DNA of 64,000 bases from a virus (taxonomy: Duplodnaviria; Caudoviricetes), in the IMG/VR virus record IMGVR_UViG_3300014204_013734, positions 256,001 through 320,000 of that record, one strand, 5' to 3'. Position 1 is the stretch's first letter. Every line of letters begins with the position of its first letter. Below, piece after piece: positions 1 through 9,894 of this stretch. Both the position numbers and the translations under genes were made by a program. The notes under the pieces are model-generated. The model ran no database searches. It saw nothing but the letters and a program-made list of their open reading frames with translations, and had not been told where the DNA came from.

Positions 1-3000
1 CGCATTCACTTCCTTGACGGATGGTATGTCGGACCATTAGCGGTAACAACTTTTGATGATCGGAACACCTTCCGTTGGACAACTGCTGACGCGCCTTCTG
101 ATTTCCAGGCGGGACGCCGGTTCCAGATACTTTCCGGTCCTCAGATGGGAGTCTGGACTGCATCTACGGTCCTTCGTCATTGTGACGGCACGATGACCGT
201 AACAGTTGACACGCCTTTACCTGCCGACCCGACCCGTTGGGGGTGTGGATCAGCAACCGTTGTGTTTGAAACCCCATGGAGCGGAAAACCTTCCACTTAT
301 CGTCTTGTGGTTGATTCTGATCAAGATGTAGCTACGCTGTCCTTATCAGGAGCAACCACGGCAATTATTGCGACACTTGATGGGCAGACCGCTACTGTCC
401 CCATTCCTGCCGAAACTTCCTTGATCCTTGATTTGACAGGAAAAGGTCAGGTTTTTTGGGGGTCTTTGAGCACTCTTGCAACCAACCGGTCCAAGTGGTC
501 CTTCGTGCAGACCGGAGTTGCTCCTGATTTTTCAACCCTTTCGGCGGGGTCCGTCCGAGTCGCCACAGAAATGAGCGACCTGCCGGAAGATGATCCCAAC
601 AATCCGTGGTTTGTAACACAGGGTTTTGGGGATGACCATGTCATTTCTGCTGGAAATCTTGCTATGAAATCCATCGTGTCCAGTGAAACCTTGGACACGA
701 CTTTCGGATGGACCAGAATAGAGCCCTTTCTGGCAGGTGATGCCAGGGTTGATGCTAGGGCAATGTTCCGTGTTGATTCTGGTACGGCTTCCTCTGGAGA
801 TGCACAGATTGTCATCAACAACGGCAGCAAGGAAGTCAGGTTGGCGACCTTAGTCTATGCTGAAGGTTTCACGGGAACGGAATACCGGCAATTGGTCAGC
901 ATGCCTTCTGTTTCCGCGTCCGGCATTATGGATCCGGCCGTCCAGGGATGGACTATCGTTCCAGGTTCCGCCGGGACTTCTTCCAGTGATGAATGGGATT
1001 TGACGGTTACCGCGGGTTCCGGGGTTTCTCGTCGGTGGTTCGCCAATTTGGATGCAACCAGCCTTGGGGCCTTGGATTCAGGTTGGCGCATTTTTGAAAT
1101 GCAGGTCGCCGTTGATTCTTTCACCCCGGATGGTTCCGGGAATGTCGGTATTGGATTGGATGCGGATATTGATACAACCCACGCCCTGGGAATCCGATTG
1201 AAGTCCCCTGGGAAAGTGCAGTTGGTTGACGATACCGGAACGTCCGTTCAGGAATGGACATTTGATTGGGAAGACGGGGATTTCCATTCTTTCCGGGCTT
1301 CCGCCATTTCTGGTGTTGTGTCATTGGCCATTGATGATGTCATTCAGACTCCGACTTTAACTACGGCTTCTTTCTTGGGGGGGTCTGGGGGAAACCTGTG
1401 TGTGTTCGGGGTTTCGTCTCCTTCCGGGGCTTCCAGCGTAACACGGTGGCGGGCAACTGCATTTTCCTGTGTACCTGGGGCTTCCTGCCATAGAACATTC
1501 GGCATCTGGAAGGGGGGGGATGTTGGGTACTTAAATTCCTGGGAAATCCCCAGGACGGATGATACGACGGCCCCGAATTCAGCCGAATTCGGACCTGTTG
1601 TTCAGGATATGGATTGGCAGGCGGGTCCGGTTGAAACACGTCTTCTTTTCGCTCCCGATTGGGGTGTCACATTTTATCGTCCCGACCTTCCATTGCCGCC
1701 CTATTATCAGCCTGAATCCGGAACCCCAGGTACGGGATTCGCTAACCAGATGAATGAACCGTCGGCAGGATGGATCAACGTGGAATGGCCTGATATTCCT
1801 TTGGTTCCATCAACCTTCGGATTTGTGTCGTTTGGAGCTTTGGAAAATGAATCTTCTACGCGTCAGCGTTGGAACTGGGTCCGTTATCGTATCTTCAAGG
1901 CCCTTTTGGAAGATCACATAGCCCCGCAGCATATGGTCATTGGTCAGGCGGGTGTGACGACCAGCGGCGAAATCACAAAAGACGTGGAACAAGAAGTTGT
2001 CATCGTCCAAACCTTGACGGCACAAAGCTTGACCCTTCTTCCTACCAACCTGAACGCCGCTTCCATTTGGAAGGTAATAGACGGCGCCCGTATCCTGACA
2101 CAGGAATCGTGGACCTTTGACATTGGATTGCAGATACTTACGTTGAATGACGGTATTCTATTTTCATCGGAACATGCTGCCGTTACCGTAGTGTTTATTC
2201 CGGGGTTGCCGAATACAAAAACGTATCTTCAGGTTCAGCCCCTTTTGGATAGCATCACGCTGCTGAACGAAGGAACTCCTCCAGTTCCCCAAAGCCAGAC
2301 AATGGCGTCGGAAAAAGAAATTGTTTACGGGTCATTGTTAGGGGATCCAAATGCCCCCTTGGGTGGAATCCTTCTTCTGAATGATCCTTATCGGGTGTTG
2401 AAGTTGAAAAATGATCCTTCATCCCTGTACGAAAACCTGGAATTTATTCAGGTTACTAATGGGGGCTTTTCCGGCGGTATTGCCATTGCCGGGGAAGGAA
2501 TGATCGGCCAAGGATTTTCCGGTTGGTCTAATGCCAAGGAAGACATTCCAAGCGGGCTTTCGGCTGAAGGTGACGATGTCATTTACGAACCATCAGGGGC
2601 GGGTAGTGTCGGCAGTATAGGGTGTGAAGGAGAAATCCCCGGATTCAAGGGCAGTACGCCTTTGTGTCCGACTGATGAAGTAGTTGGCAGGGCGGTAGGA
2701 GCCCATGTCATGGATTTCCGCGGAACCATGTTCTGGCAGGAAAATAAGACTCCGGCGCGCGAAGATTTTGAACAAGGCGCCGGGATGCCGGGTTGCTTCC
2801 TTTACGCTTCAGGCGGTTCCTACATGGGTCCGGTGGTAGACAGCCAAGGCCAAATCATTGGTTCTGCTCCGCTTGGGGGCCATATCGGTCCAGGTTGCGC
2901 CGTTCTCATGCCCAACTTCCCGTCCAACAATGTTGTGGCGGGTCGTGATGGGGGTAAGGTTCACAGACGAACGGAATGGGTCATGCAGTTGCGTTCCGTT

Positions 3001-3756
3001 TCCCGCATTGTGGCAAATTCTGTAGGCGGGTATACGGTAGTGGATATTCCGTTGCGGGAGACTGTTCAATGGCCAGGGGCGGATAATGTTCCGCCAAGCA
3101 GACCGTCTTCCTGGAGGGACAACCCAAGCGGTTTGCCCAACCCCAACGGACGGGGTGCCGTTCTTATGGTTATGACCGGGGCTGGGGATTATTCCCACGT
3201 CGGTCCTTGGGGAGGTTTAGGTTCTTTGACACCGACACCTGATTCAGGATTCTTTGAATTTGACCCTGCCGCCCTTCAAGACGGGGATCAGGTAGCTGTT
3301 GAAAAGGAACCTGGAGGTATTTCCATCCTCTTTACCGCTAGGACGGTTCCGACGGCCCCTCGGGAGTTCGCCATAGCACCTTCGCCGCATGTGAACTTGG
3401 CGAATGTCATCAACACGGATCCGGTAGCCGGGGCGTTGGTAACGGCAACAGCGGGATTGACATGGACGGGGGTTCCTTCCGTTCTGGTAGAGTCGGTCCT
3501 GCCGGTAACAGCAACTAACATGGTGACAATTTGGAGTGGAAATGTCGCTGCCATTTGGCTGGTTGGGGTCATCAACGAACCGGCCGGAAGGGGCTTGTTG
3601 ACGGGAGGGGCGAAGATAACTCAAAGTTCCTTGATAGCAGGAGGTTATTCTACTGTTCCCGGTGGATTCCATGACCCGAAACTTGGTTTTGTCTGTCTCG
3701 GAGGAACGGTGCTTCCTGTAGGGCTGGAAACCGTCAGGATCGTTTATTCTCCGTAA
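1..3756 (+). CDS. Large virion structural protein (baseplate/tail-associated), 5' partial
   Basis: The frame is open from position 1. Beta-rich Gly/Ser/Thr/Pro composition, first of a run of giant plus-strand ORFs. Confidence 0.65.
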   Translation, partial: RIHFLDGWYVGPLAVTTFDDRNTFRWTTADAPSDFQAGRRFQILSGPQMGVWTASTVLRHCDGTMTVTVDTPLPADPTRWGCGSATVVFETPWSGKPSTYRLVVDSDQDVATLSLSGATTAIIATLDGQTATVPIPAETSLILDLTGKGQVFWGSLSTLATNRSKWSFVQTGVAPDFSTLSAGSVRVATEMSDLPEDDPNNPWFVTQGFGDDHVISAGNLAMKSIVSSETLDTTFGWTRIEPFLAGDARVDARAMFRVDSGTASSGDAQIVINNGSKEVRLATLVYAEGFTGTEYRQLVSMPSVSASGIMDPAVQGWTIVPGSAGTSSSDEWDLTVTAGSGVSRRWFANLDATSLGALDSGWRIFEMQVAVDSFTPDGSGNVGIGLDADIDTTHALGIRLKSPGKVQLVDDTGTSVQEWTFDWEDGDFHSFRASAISGVVSLAIDDVIQTPTLTTASFLGGSGGNLCVFGVSSPSGASSVTRWRATAFSCVPGASCHRTFGIWKGGDVGYLNSWEIPRTDDTTAPNSAEFGPVVQDMDWQAGPVETRLLFAPDWGVTFYRPDLPLPPYYQPESGTPGTGFANQMNEPSAGWINVEWPDIPLVPSTFGFVSFGALENESSTRQRWNWVRYRIFKALLEDHIAPQHMVIGQAGVTTSGEITKDVEQEVVIVQTLTAQSLTLLPTNLNAASIWKVIDGARILTQESWTFDIGLQILTLNDGILFSSEHAAVTVVFIPGLPNTKTYLQVQPLLDSITLLNEGTPPVPQSQTMASEKEIVYGSLLGDPNAPLGGILLLNDPYRVLKLKNDPSSLYENLEFIQVTNGGFSGGIAIAGEGMIGQGFSGWSNAKEDIPSGLSAEGDDVIYEPSGAGSVGSIGCEGEIPGFKGSTPLCPTDEVVGRAVGAHVMDFRGTMFWQENKTPAREDFEQGAGMPGCFLYASGGSYMGPVVDSQGQIIGSAPLGGHIGPGCAVLMPNFPSNNVVAGRDGGKVHRRTEWVMQLRSVSRIVANSVGGYTVVDIPLRETVQWPGADNVPPSRPSSWRDNPSGLPNPNGRGAVLMVMTGAGDYSHVGPWGGLGSLTPTPDSGFFEFDPAALQDGDQVAVEKEPGGISILFTARTVPTAPREFAIAPSPHVNLANVINTDPVAGALVTATAGLTWTGVPSVLVESVLPVTATNMVTIWSGNVAAIWLVGVINEPAGRGLLTGGAKITQSSLIAGGYSTVPGGFHDPKLGFVCLGGTVLPVGLETVRIVYSP

Positions 3757-3844
3757 ATTAACCGCCTATGGTTTGCCCTTTGGCGGGGATGGGAACCAGC
3801 CCCCCCGTTTTAATGGGGCGCGGCAACATACAAGGATAGATAAA

Positions 3845-4507
3845 ATGAGATTCAAAGAACACATGAATCCTATCAAACAGCAGGGTTGGAACATGGGTCT
3901 GGGGATGCGTTTTGAAGAACCCGAACGATTCATGTCCAGGGGTACCGGCGTGTTCTTCATGAAGATGTGGGATGCCAGGACTGGTGAAATCCTGCTTGAT
4001 CGTGAGGTAAAAAATATACTTGTGTATGATTCAGGAATCATCGGCGCCCGACTTTTTAAGAATTCGGCCGAACCGAGACCCGGTTACAACAACGGGCTTC
4101 ACATGTTGGCGGTTGGGACTGGGGCCACTGGTAATGCTACATCTCCTGATGCCCCGCAGCCGACGCAGCGTAGGTTGAACAACGAAATCTGTCGGAAGTT
4201 GTTTTCGGCTACACAATTCCGAAACACAAACGGCGTTGCGGTGTCTTTTCCGACAAACATTGTGGATTTCACGACTACTTACGGGGAAGGGGAAGCGGTT
4301 GGTACATTGAACGAGATGGCCCTTTTCCATACCTATTCCCCGAATCCTGACCAGAAGAATCTGATTCCGGCGGACAAGAGTGGGGCACATTACGACCCGT
4401 CTTTTGATGTTACAAATTACGACATCATGGTGAATTACATTACATTTTCAATTATCAGCAAACCGAGTACCGCAGTGCTTTCAATTACTTGGAGGCTGAC
4501 TTTCTAG
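3845..4507 (+). CDS. Phage baseplate / tail-collar-like protein
   Basis: Motifs LAVGTG..APQPTQRRLNNEI..FTTTYGEGEAVGTLNEMALF and the C-terminal LSITWRLTF are typical of tail collar/baseplate proteins. ATG at 3845. Confidence 0.6.
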   Translation: MRFKEHMNPIKQQGWNMGLGMRFEEPERFMSRGTGVFFMKMWDARTGEILLDREVKNILVYDSGIIGARLFKNSAEPRPGYNNGLHMLAVGTGATGNATSPDAPQPTQRRLNNEICRKLFSATQFRNTNGVAVSFPTNIVDFTTTYGEGEAVGTLNEMALFHTYSPNPDQKNLIPADKSGAHYDPSFDVTNYDIMVNYITFSIISKPSTAVLSITWRLTF

Positions 4508-5457
4508 TGGAAACCGTCACCTGCCAAATCTGCGGTATGCAACGGAAACAGCTTCGGATGCACCTTCAGGCTGTTCACGGTCTGACTTGCGACCAATATT
4601 TGGAAACCTATCCAGGGAACAGGGTTGAAATCACCCGGCAAAAAAGATCCCTAGAATGTCGAGCCAAACAGGCGGAAGCTGCCCGCAAACGGTGGGCCAA
4701 CCCCGGTAACAGGAAAAAACAATCAGAAACCTTGAAGAGAAAGGCTCCGTGGAAAGGAAAACATCTGAGCGAATCCCACAAACAGGCTATATCGGAAGGA
4801 GGCCGCGGAACGATTCATCGGCTTACTGATTCCCATCGTCAATTTTTGGCTGATCGTGGTAGGAAATTCCTGGAATCCCTCAATGGTGACCCCAAGATTC
4901 GGAGAAAAAGGTCTGCTGTTGCTAAACGCCGTTTTGCTTCTGGGGAACTTTTCGGTTTTCGGAAACCTGGTGTGTTTGATAAAATAATGGCTTCCAAAGT
5001 GGCTAATGGAACCGTTGTTCCAAACGGGTCCGGGCGGGGCATATGCGGGTTCAGGAAAGATATTTCCCATTACTGCCGAAGCACGTTGGAAGCAAATTTC
5101 GCCCGCATTCTGCTTCATGAAGGGGTTCTTTACGAATACGAACCGAAAGTGTTTGATCTGAAGGGTAAGAAAGTCGTTCCTGACTTTTATCTGCATTCTT
5201 CATTGGGGGATGTTCCGGCCGGTTGGGTTGAATTGAAAGGGTGGAGGAAAGCGGATGGCTCATTCCCCCGAATGGAACCTTTTATCTTGGAAGCCCTGAA
5301 GAATCAGGGAGTGAAAGTCTTTATTCTTTGTCAACATGATGATTTGTGGAAACATCTTGAAGCAGTCTATTCAAGTAAAATTCTTTGGGAAAACGCACAG
5401 AACAATTTACGGGCGAACCCGGAAATGTTCGGTACGTCCGTTTCACTTGGAGGTTAA
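4507..5457 (+). CDS. Free-standing homing-type endonuclease (Zn finger + NUMOD3-like + PD-(D/E)XK)
   Basis: N-terminal CQICG..HL..HGL zinc finger, basic KGKHLSESHKQAIS segment, C-terminal YEYEP..VPDFYL..VELKGW. The GTG start overlaps the upstream TAG. Confidence 0.7.
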   Translation: METVTCQICGMQRKQLRMHLQAVHGLTCDQYLETYPGNRVEITRQKRSLECRAKQAEAARKRWANPGNRKKQSETLKRKAPWKGKHLSESHKQAISEGGRGTIHRLTDSHRQFLADRGRKFLESLNGDPKIRRKRSAVAKRRFASGELFGFRKPGVFDKIMASKVANGTVVPNGSGRGICGFRKDISHYCRSTLEANFARILLHEGVLYEYEPKVFDLKGKKVVPDFYLHSSLGDVPAGWVELKGWRKADGSFPRMEPFILEALKNQGVKVFILCQHDDLWKHLEAVYSSKILWENAQNNLRANPEMFGTSVSLGG

Positions 5458-5464
5458 CGTTCTG

Positions 5465-6238
5465 ATGGCAAAGACACTTTTGGAACACTGGGGACCGACA
5501 CTTCAAGAAAAGCGGACTGCGGCAAGGTTGGACTTTCGGGTGTTTCCCAAAGCCGGGACTTATAGGGCAGTTTGGTTGATTCCGTCAGAGGCATGGTCGG
5601 AAAAAGCACAAAAAGGTTATGCCCTGGATGAAGAAATCAAGGAAGCAGAAGAGGCATTTCACAAATATCTGAATACTGAACGGGATATGATCGCCCAAAT
5701 GCGGTCAAAACGCGAAAAAGCAAAATGGTGGGAATGGTGGCTTGATTTATACAAGACTACAGAAAAGGTGCTTGCACGTCTTGATGAATGGGAAGCACAG
5801 CTTGAAGCTTTGGAAAGGGCGAACACCCCTACCGAAATGAAAGAAACGCATGTGCCAACAACTTCTCCGGGAACGTGGAACGATAAAAAGTTGATTTTCG
5901 GGAAAAACGGTTGGCCTATCGTTAAAAGGGGGCATCTTGTACAAGACCTTGAAAAGGCTGGTCCTAATGCCATCTTGAAGTTGACAAACATGGGTGTCGT
6001 TTTGGACGACAAACCCGGTTGGGCCGAATCAGCCAAACAGACCAAAAATGCGTTGGCATTTCTTGAAAGTCGGGAAAAGTCCTTGTTCAATGCTATGTCC
6101 GCCGAAGCTGAAAAGATACGAAACAATGCGAAAGCGGTTGCAGACAAGGCTTTGCTGGACGCCAAGGTAAAATATCCCCTGGTAGATCCTGAATTGTTTC
6201 GTATGACAATTCCGCAGATCCTCGTAGCTCGGAAATGA
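5465..6238 (+). CDS. Hypothetical helical protein
   Basis: GGAGG RBS before ATG 5465. Charged, coiled-coil-like ORF. Confidence 0.6.
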   Translation: MAKTLLEHWGPTLQEKRTAARLDFRVFPKAGTYRAVWLIPSEAWSEKAQKGYALDEEIKEAEEAFHKYLNTERDMIAQMRSKREKAKWWEWWLDLYKTTEKVLARLDEWEAQLEALERANTPTEMKETHVPTTSPGTWNDKKLIFGKNGWPIVKRGHLVQDLEKAGPNAILKLTNMGVVLDDKPGWAESAKQTKNALAFLESREKSLFNAMSAEAEKIRNNAKAVADKALLDAKVKYPLVDPELFRMTIPQILVARK

Positions 6239-6249
6239 CGGAGATTTGA

Positions 6250-9200
6250 ATGTCTGTTAAAGACCGCACCCGGCGATATGACGGGATCCGGGACATTACC
6301 GGAGCCGTTCCGGTTCCAAACGCCGTCTCCCGAGACATGCAGTTCGGCGACCGTGCGTTCACCGGAACCATCTGGCAATCTGGGAAACCTGTTCTGGATT
6401 CCGAATTGGCCATGCACCAGGATTCCGCTTGGTGGGAAAACTACCTTCTCCGTCGATGGCAAGTGCCTTCAGGCTGGCTTCGTGGCCAGTCTCGGCAAGA
6501 TGCCCGGACGGATTGGGTACTCGGTATCATCCCCGATGGGGATCCTGTCCCGAACGACTGCACGCCCACGACATCTGTCGGCGGCGGGCATATTCACTAT
6601 CCTCAAACCATTGGGGAACCTGCCGTATTGATGGATGCTTTGGCTCTGAAACGGGTTGAAGCTATCGTAGCCGGATTGCCTATTGTCGTTGAATACGCTT
6701 GGACAGATACGGAAGGGTTTAACTTGATCGTTCTGGAACCACCTCCGTCTGACCAGCAGCACGGGGCTATTCCCAGGACGGATTTTGTATTTTTGGAAGT
6801 TTGGCTTGCCTTGGTAGCTCCGAGCCCGAAGGCTACAGGTCAAGTCCAGGTAGACGCGATCCTTATGTTGGACGGGGACACTTTGTCCGTTGGGGGAACG
6901 GCCCTTGTCGGGCGTACAAGTGTCGTACCCGGCACCTTCTACATTGACACGACCAGCAGCACGGTGACGGCAACCAATATTGCCAACGCTCTTAATACCA
7001 TTGCCCCGTTCAGTACGTTGGTTGCGGCGAAGTCCGCTATTGACGTAGTAACGATTGAAGCGTTGGAACCCGGGGCAACAGGAAATTCCATCACCTTAGC
7101 CAAGTCTTCGGCGGGCCTTCAGGTTTCTGGTCCAACCCTTGTAAACGGGGCAGACCGGCCTAACAAACCTGCTACGGAACAAGCAAAACTGTATCGTCAC
7201 GGTTGTACCCAATCCCCATCAGCAACTTGGTTAGATGATGAAATCGTTGATCCGGTTGTTGATTCTGAAACGACACAGCGCATTCAGGTGCAGTGGCGCA
7301 TCCGTACAGCAACGGATGATGCAATCAACTACAAAATCCATCCTGACGGATTTTCCAACGGCGACAGTGGTTCCATAGGCGGTTCCATCGGGACCCCGAT
7401 GATCACAGCACAGGGTGCTACGGTAGCCCCGGTTGTCGGATACCCCTTCGTGCCGGCAGATAAGACATCCATTTGGTTGAATTCTTCTGCTCCAGCCTGG
7501 GGTGTTGACGACAGCGGTTTGTGGGTTGCCGGGGACGGTTCCAACGAAGCCGTGAAGGATTTAGGGACTTTGGACGGATTCGTTTACGCGATCCCTATGG
7601 CTTTTGTATTCAGGCACAATGATGTTTCTACGGATGCCAGTGGGTGGACGGCAGCGCATAACGCCAATGGTGGCCCATTGTTCCTGCATTTGGGTTACAC
7701 GACTGGAGGCAATGGGCTTGGAACGATTCCGGCCGGTCTTTCTGATCGTCCTGATGGGGGCTTTTCGGATGTTGTTGATGGGGAATATTTGTTGGATCTT
7801 CGCAGGAATGTGTTGTTCCAGGGGGTTGATACGGCTTCCGAATTGGATTATCAAATCCAGTCTCTTTTGGACGGCAACAACCGGACCTGGGCAATTGATT
7901 CCGCTACCAAATACGGTTCGCAATCCCTTCAAGCCGATGTTGGAACTCGGTTCCTTATCTGCAATGTGATTGGTCGTGACCCGTCCGACCCCTTCACTGC
8001 CGATGTAGGTGAATACATCCGGAACTTTGACCATGTTTGCCGTCGGTTTGCTGGACAACCGGTCGTTGAACGGGTCGTGTTCGCCTTCTGGCCTGGGGAC
8101 AGGGATTCCGGAGTGCCAGTCGCTCCCGGTCTTGTCAACCCAGGCAAATATGTGACCAAGACGGGTTCCACTTCCACTTGGGTCAAAGGGGATGTTCTTC
8201 ATCTTGATCTGTCCAAATGGAATGTATCTACCAACGGCAGCATCTTCCATGGCGGGGATGGTGGTGGGGCGTCCGAGTCCGGTTTGAATTGGACAGATGT
8301 CATTCCTGACGGTACGGCTATTACGGACGTATTGTCCATTTGGCATGATGACGGTTTTTGGTCTTTGAACCCTCTGGATGCTATTGACCAGCGGTGTCAT
8401 CCTGATATTGTCAAGGGACTCGGAACTCCGCATCTTGAAATCCATTTGGATGAAAACACGTCGGTCGCTAATGGCGGTTTGAATGGGGGAACCCCCCGTT
8501 CCCTTGTTGCTCTTTCTCCTGCAACCGGATCTCCACGCAGGATATTTGTTGAAGTTGAAATCACCTATCCGATGGGTATTGGCACCACGGACACTCCTAT
8601 GTGGCCCGTTACCCCCGATTCTACCGTTTGGAATGGGACTGATACAGGTCACGCAACCACTCAGTTAAGGCCCGGTCCTGGCCCTCAACTTGTGGCTGAT
8701 GTCACGTGCATTCCGGTAGACCAGTCTACACGTCTTGCCCCGAGATTCCGGCAGGGTTTTCGTGAAATCCAACTTGATTACGCGGCCAACGGGAAGGATC
8801 ATACGCCCCAAGCGGCAACGCAAGTTTCAGAAAATCCGGCTGTTGAGCCTTTGATGGGGATCGTCAGCCGGACAGATTTGACCCTATATCCTCCGCGGCG
8901 ATTTTGGGATGATGGCGTAGTAGGGCACGGGTTGATCGTCAAGGACGTGTCAAGCGGCGGCCCGGTCACGATGACGGTTTTAGTTGATACCACGGACTAC
9001 GGAAGCAGTTCCCGATTGGTGACTTTGACGCATCCATTGTCATCGCCGCAAGCTTTGTGCCGGTTTGATTATTATGCCCAAGACCCGATCCCGAACTACG
9101 GGACGGATGTTGGTTATACCGTGGCTGTCTACTATCGGGCGTCAGCCCCGCAGACGGCAGGTATCATTGAAGGGGACATGACTACCGGTGGTGGTCAGGG

Positions 9201-9885
9201 GGGGACGGTTCCGACTACACTCCTCATTGAACCGCTTCGGGTGAACCCCAGAACGTTTACAGCGCAGGTCGGTATGGGTTCCGTTGATGCAGCTTTCCCT
9301 TACGCCTCCCCCATGGACCAGATTCCGGCCATGGAAGGTGAAGCGACCTTGATGGGGACGCCTAACCCGCAGGCCTGGGAATGGTTCTTCTGCGCTTCGG
9401 CGGACGTGACTGTCGGGGACTTTGACGCTTCAACCGGCATGCTGGCTTTGCATTCCATGGTAGAAGCGGATACTCAGGAAAACTGGCAGCTTGGCGGGAC
9501 GAATAACTTCCAATATCCCCGGAAGGACATTGAATTCAGGGCGTTGTATCCTTGGGTTGAAGGAATTTCCGGTTATCGGCCGACAATCATGGCGCAGCCG
9601 ATATTTGGTTCAACCCGGCACAAAGTATTTGTGCCCATGTTGGCCCGTATCGTTGAAACGGTTCCGGGCGCCTATGGGGGCATCTTATTCAGAAAGAACG
9701 AAGTTGTTTTGGTCGTCTTGACCCGGTTTGCCGAACTAGATGATGAAAACACGGTACGTTTCATCGGGGGACTGGATGTTCCAGGAACCCCTGAATATGC
9801 GAGTGAACGTGCAAACGCATTTGCAAACAAGACCTGTGCAGCCGTCTACCGGACACGCAACATGCTTTTGGTTGTTGGAAAATAG
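6250..9885 (+). CDS. Large virion/baseplate protein (DUF4815-like N-terminus)
   Basis: WQSGKPVLDSEL, RTDFVFLEVW, ETTQRIQVQWRIR, LGTLDGFVYAIP and RPDG..DLR motifs are shared with the paralog at 21323. Confidence 0.65.
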   Translation: MSVKDRTRRYDGIRDITGAVPVPNAVSRDMQFGDRAFTGTIWQSGKPVLDSELAMHQDSAWWENYLLRRWQVPSGWLRGQSRQDARTDWVLGIIPDGDPVPNDCTPTTSVGGGHIHYPQTIGEPAVLMDALALKRVEAIVAGLPIVVEYAWTDTEGFNLIVLEPPPSDQQHGAIPRTDFVFLEVWLALVAPSPKATGQVQVDAILMLDGDTLSVGGTALVGRTSVVPGTFYIDTTSSTVTATNIANALNTIAPFSTLVAAKSAIDVVTIEALEPGATGNSITLAKSSAGLQVSGPTLVNGADRPNKPATEQAKLYRHGCTQSPSATWLDDEIVDPVVDSETTQRIQVQWRIRTATDDAINYKIHPDGFSNGDSGSIGGSIGTPMITAQGATVAPVVGYPFVPADKTSIWLNSSAPAWGVDDSGLWVAGDGSNEAVKDLGTLDGFVYAIPMAFVFRHNDVSTDASGWTAAHNANGGPLFLHLGYTTGGNGLGTIPAGLSDRPDGGFSDVVDGEYLLDLRRNVLFQGVDTASELDYQIQSLLDGNNRTWAIDSATKYGSQSLQADVGTRFLICNVIGRDPSDPFTADVGEYIRNFDHVCRRFAGQPVVERVVFAFWPGDRDSGVPVAPGLVNPGKYVTKTGSTSTWVKGDVLHLDLSKWNVSTNGSIFHGGDGGGASESGLNWTDVIPDGTAITDVLSIWHDDGFWSLNPLDAIDQRCHPDIVKGLGTPHLEIHLDENTSVANGGLNGGTPRSLVALSPATGSPRRIFVEVEITYPMGIGTTDTPMWPVTPDSTVWNGTDTGHATTQLRPGPGPQLVADVTCIPVDQSTRLAPRFRQGFREIQLDYAANGKDHTPQAATQVSENPAVEPLMGIVSRTDLTLYPPRRFWDDGVVGHGLIVKDVSSGGPVTMTVLVDTTDYGSSSRLVTLTHPLSSPQALCRFDYYAQDPIPNYGTDVGYTVAVYYRASAPQTAGIIEGDMTTGGGQGGTVPTTLLIEPLRVNPRTFTAQVGMGSVDAAFPYASPMDQIPAMEGEATLMGTPNPQAWEWFFCASADVTVGDFDASTGMLALHSMVEADTQENWQLGGTNNFQYPRKDIEFRALYPWVEGISGYRPTIMAQPIFGSTRHKVFVPMLARIVETVPGAYGGILFRKNEVVLVVLTRFAELDDENTVRFIGGLDVPGTPEYASERANAFANKTCAAVYRTRNMLLVVGK

Positions 9886-9894
9886 GAGCCCAGG

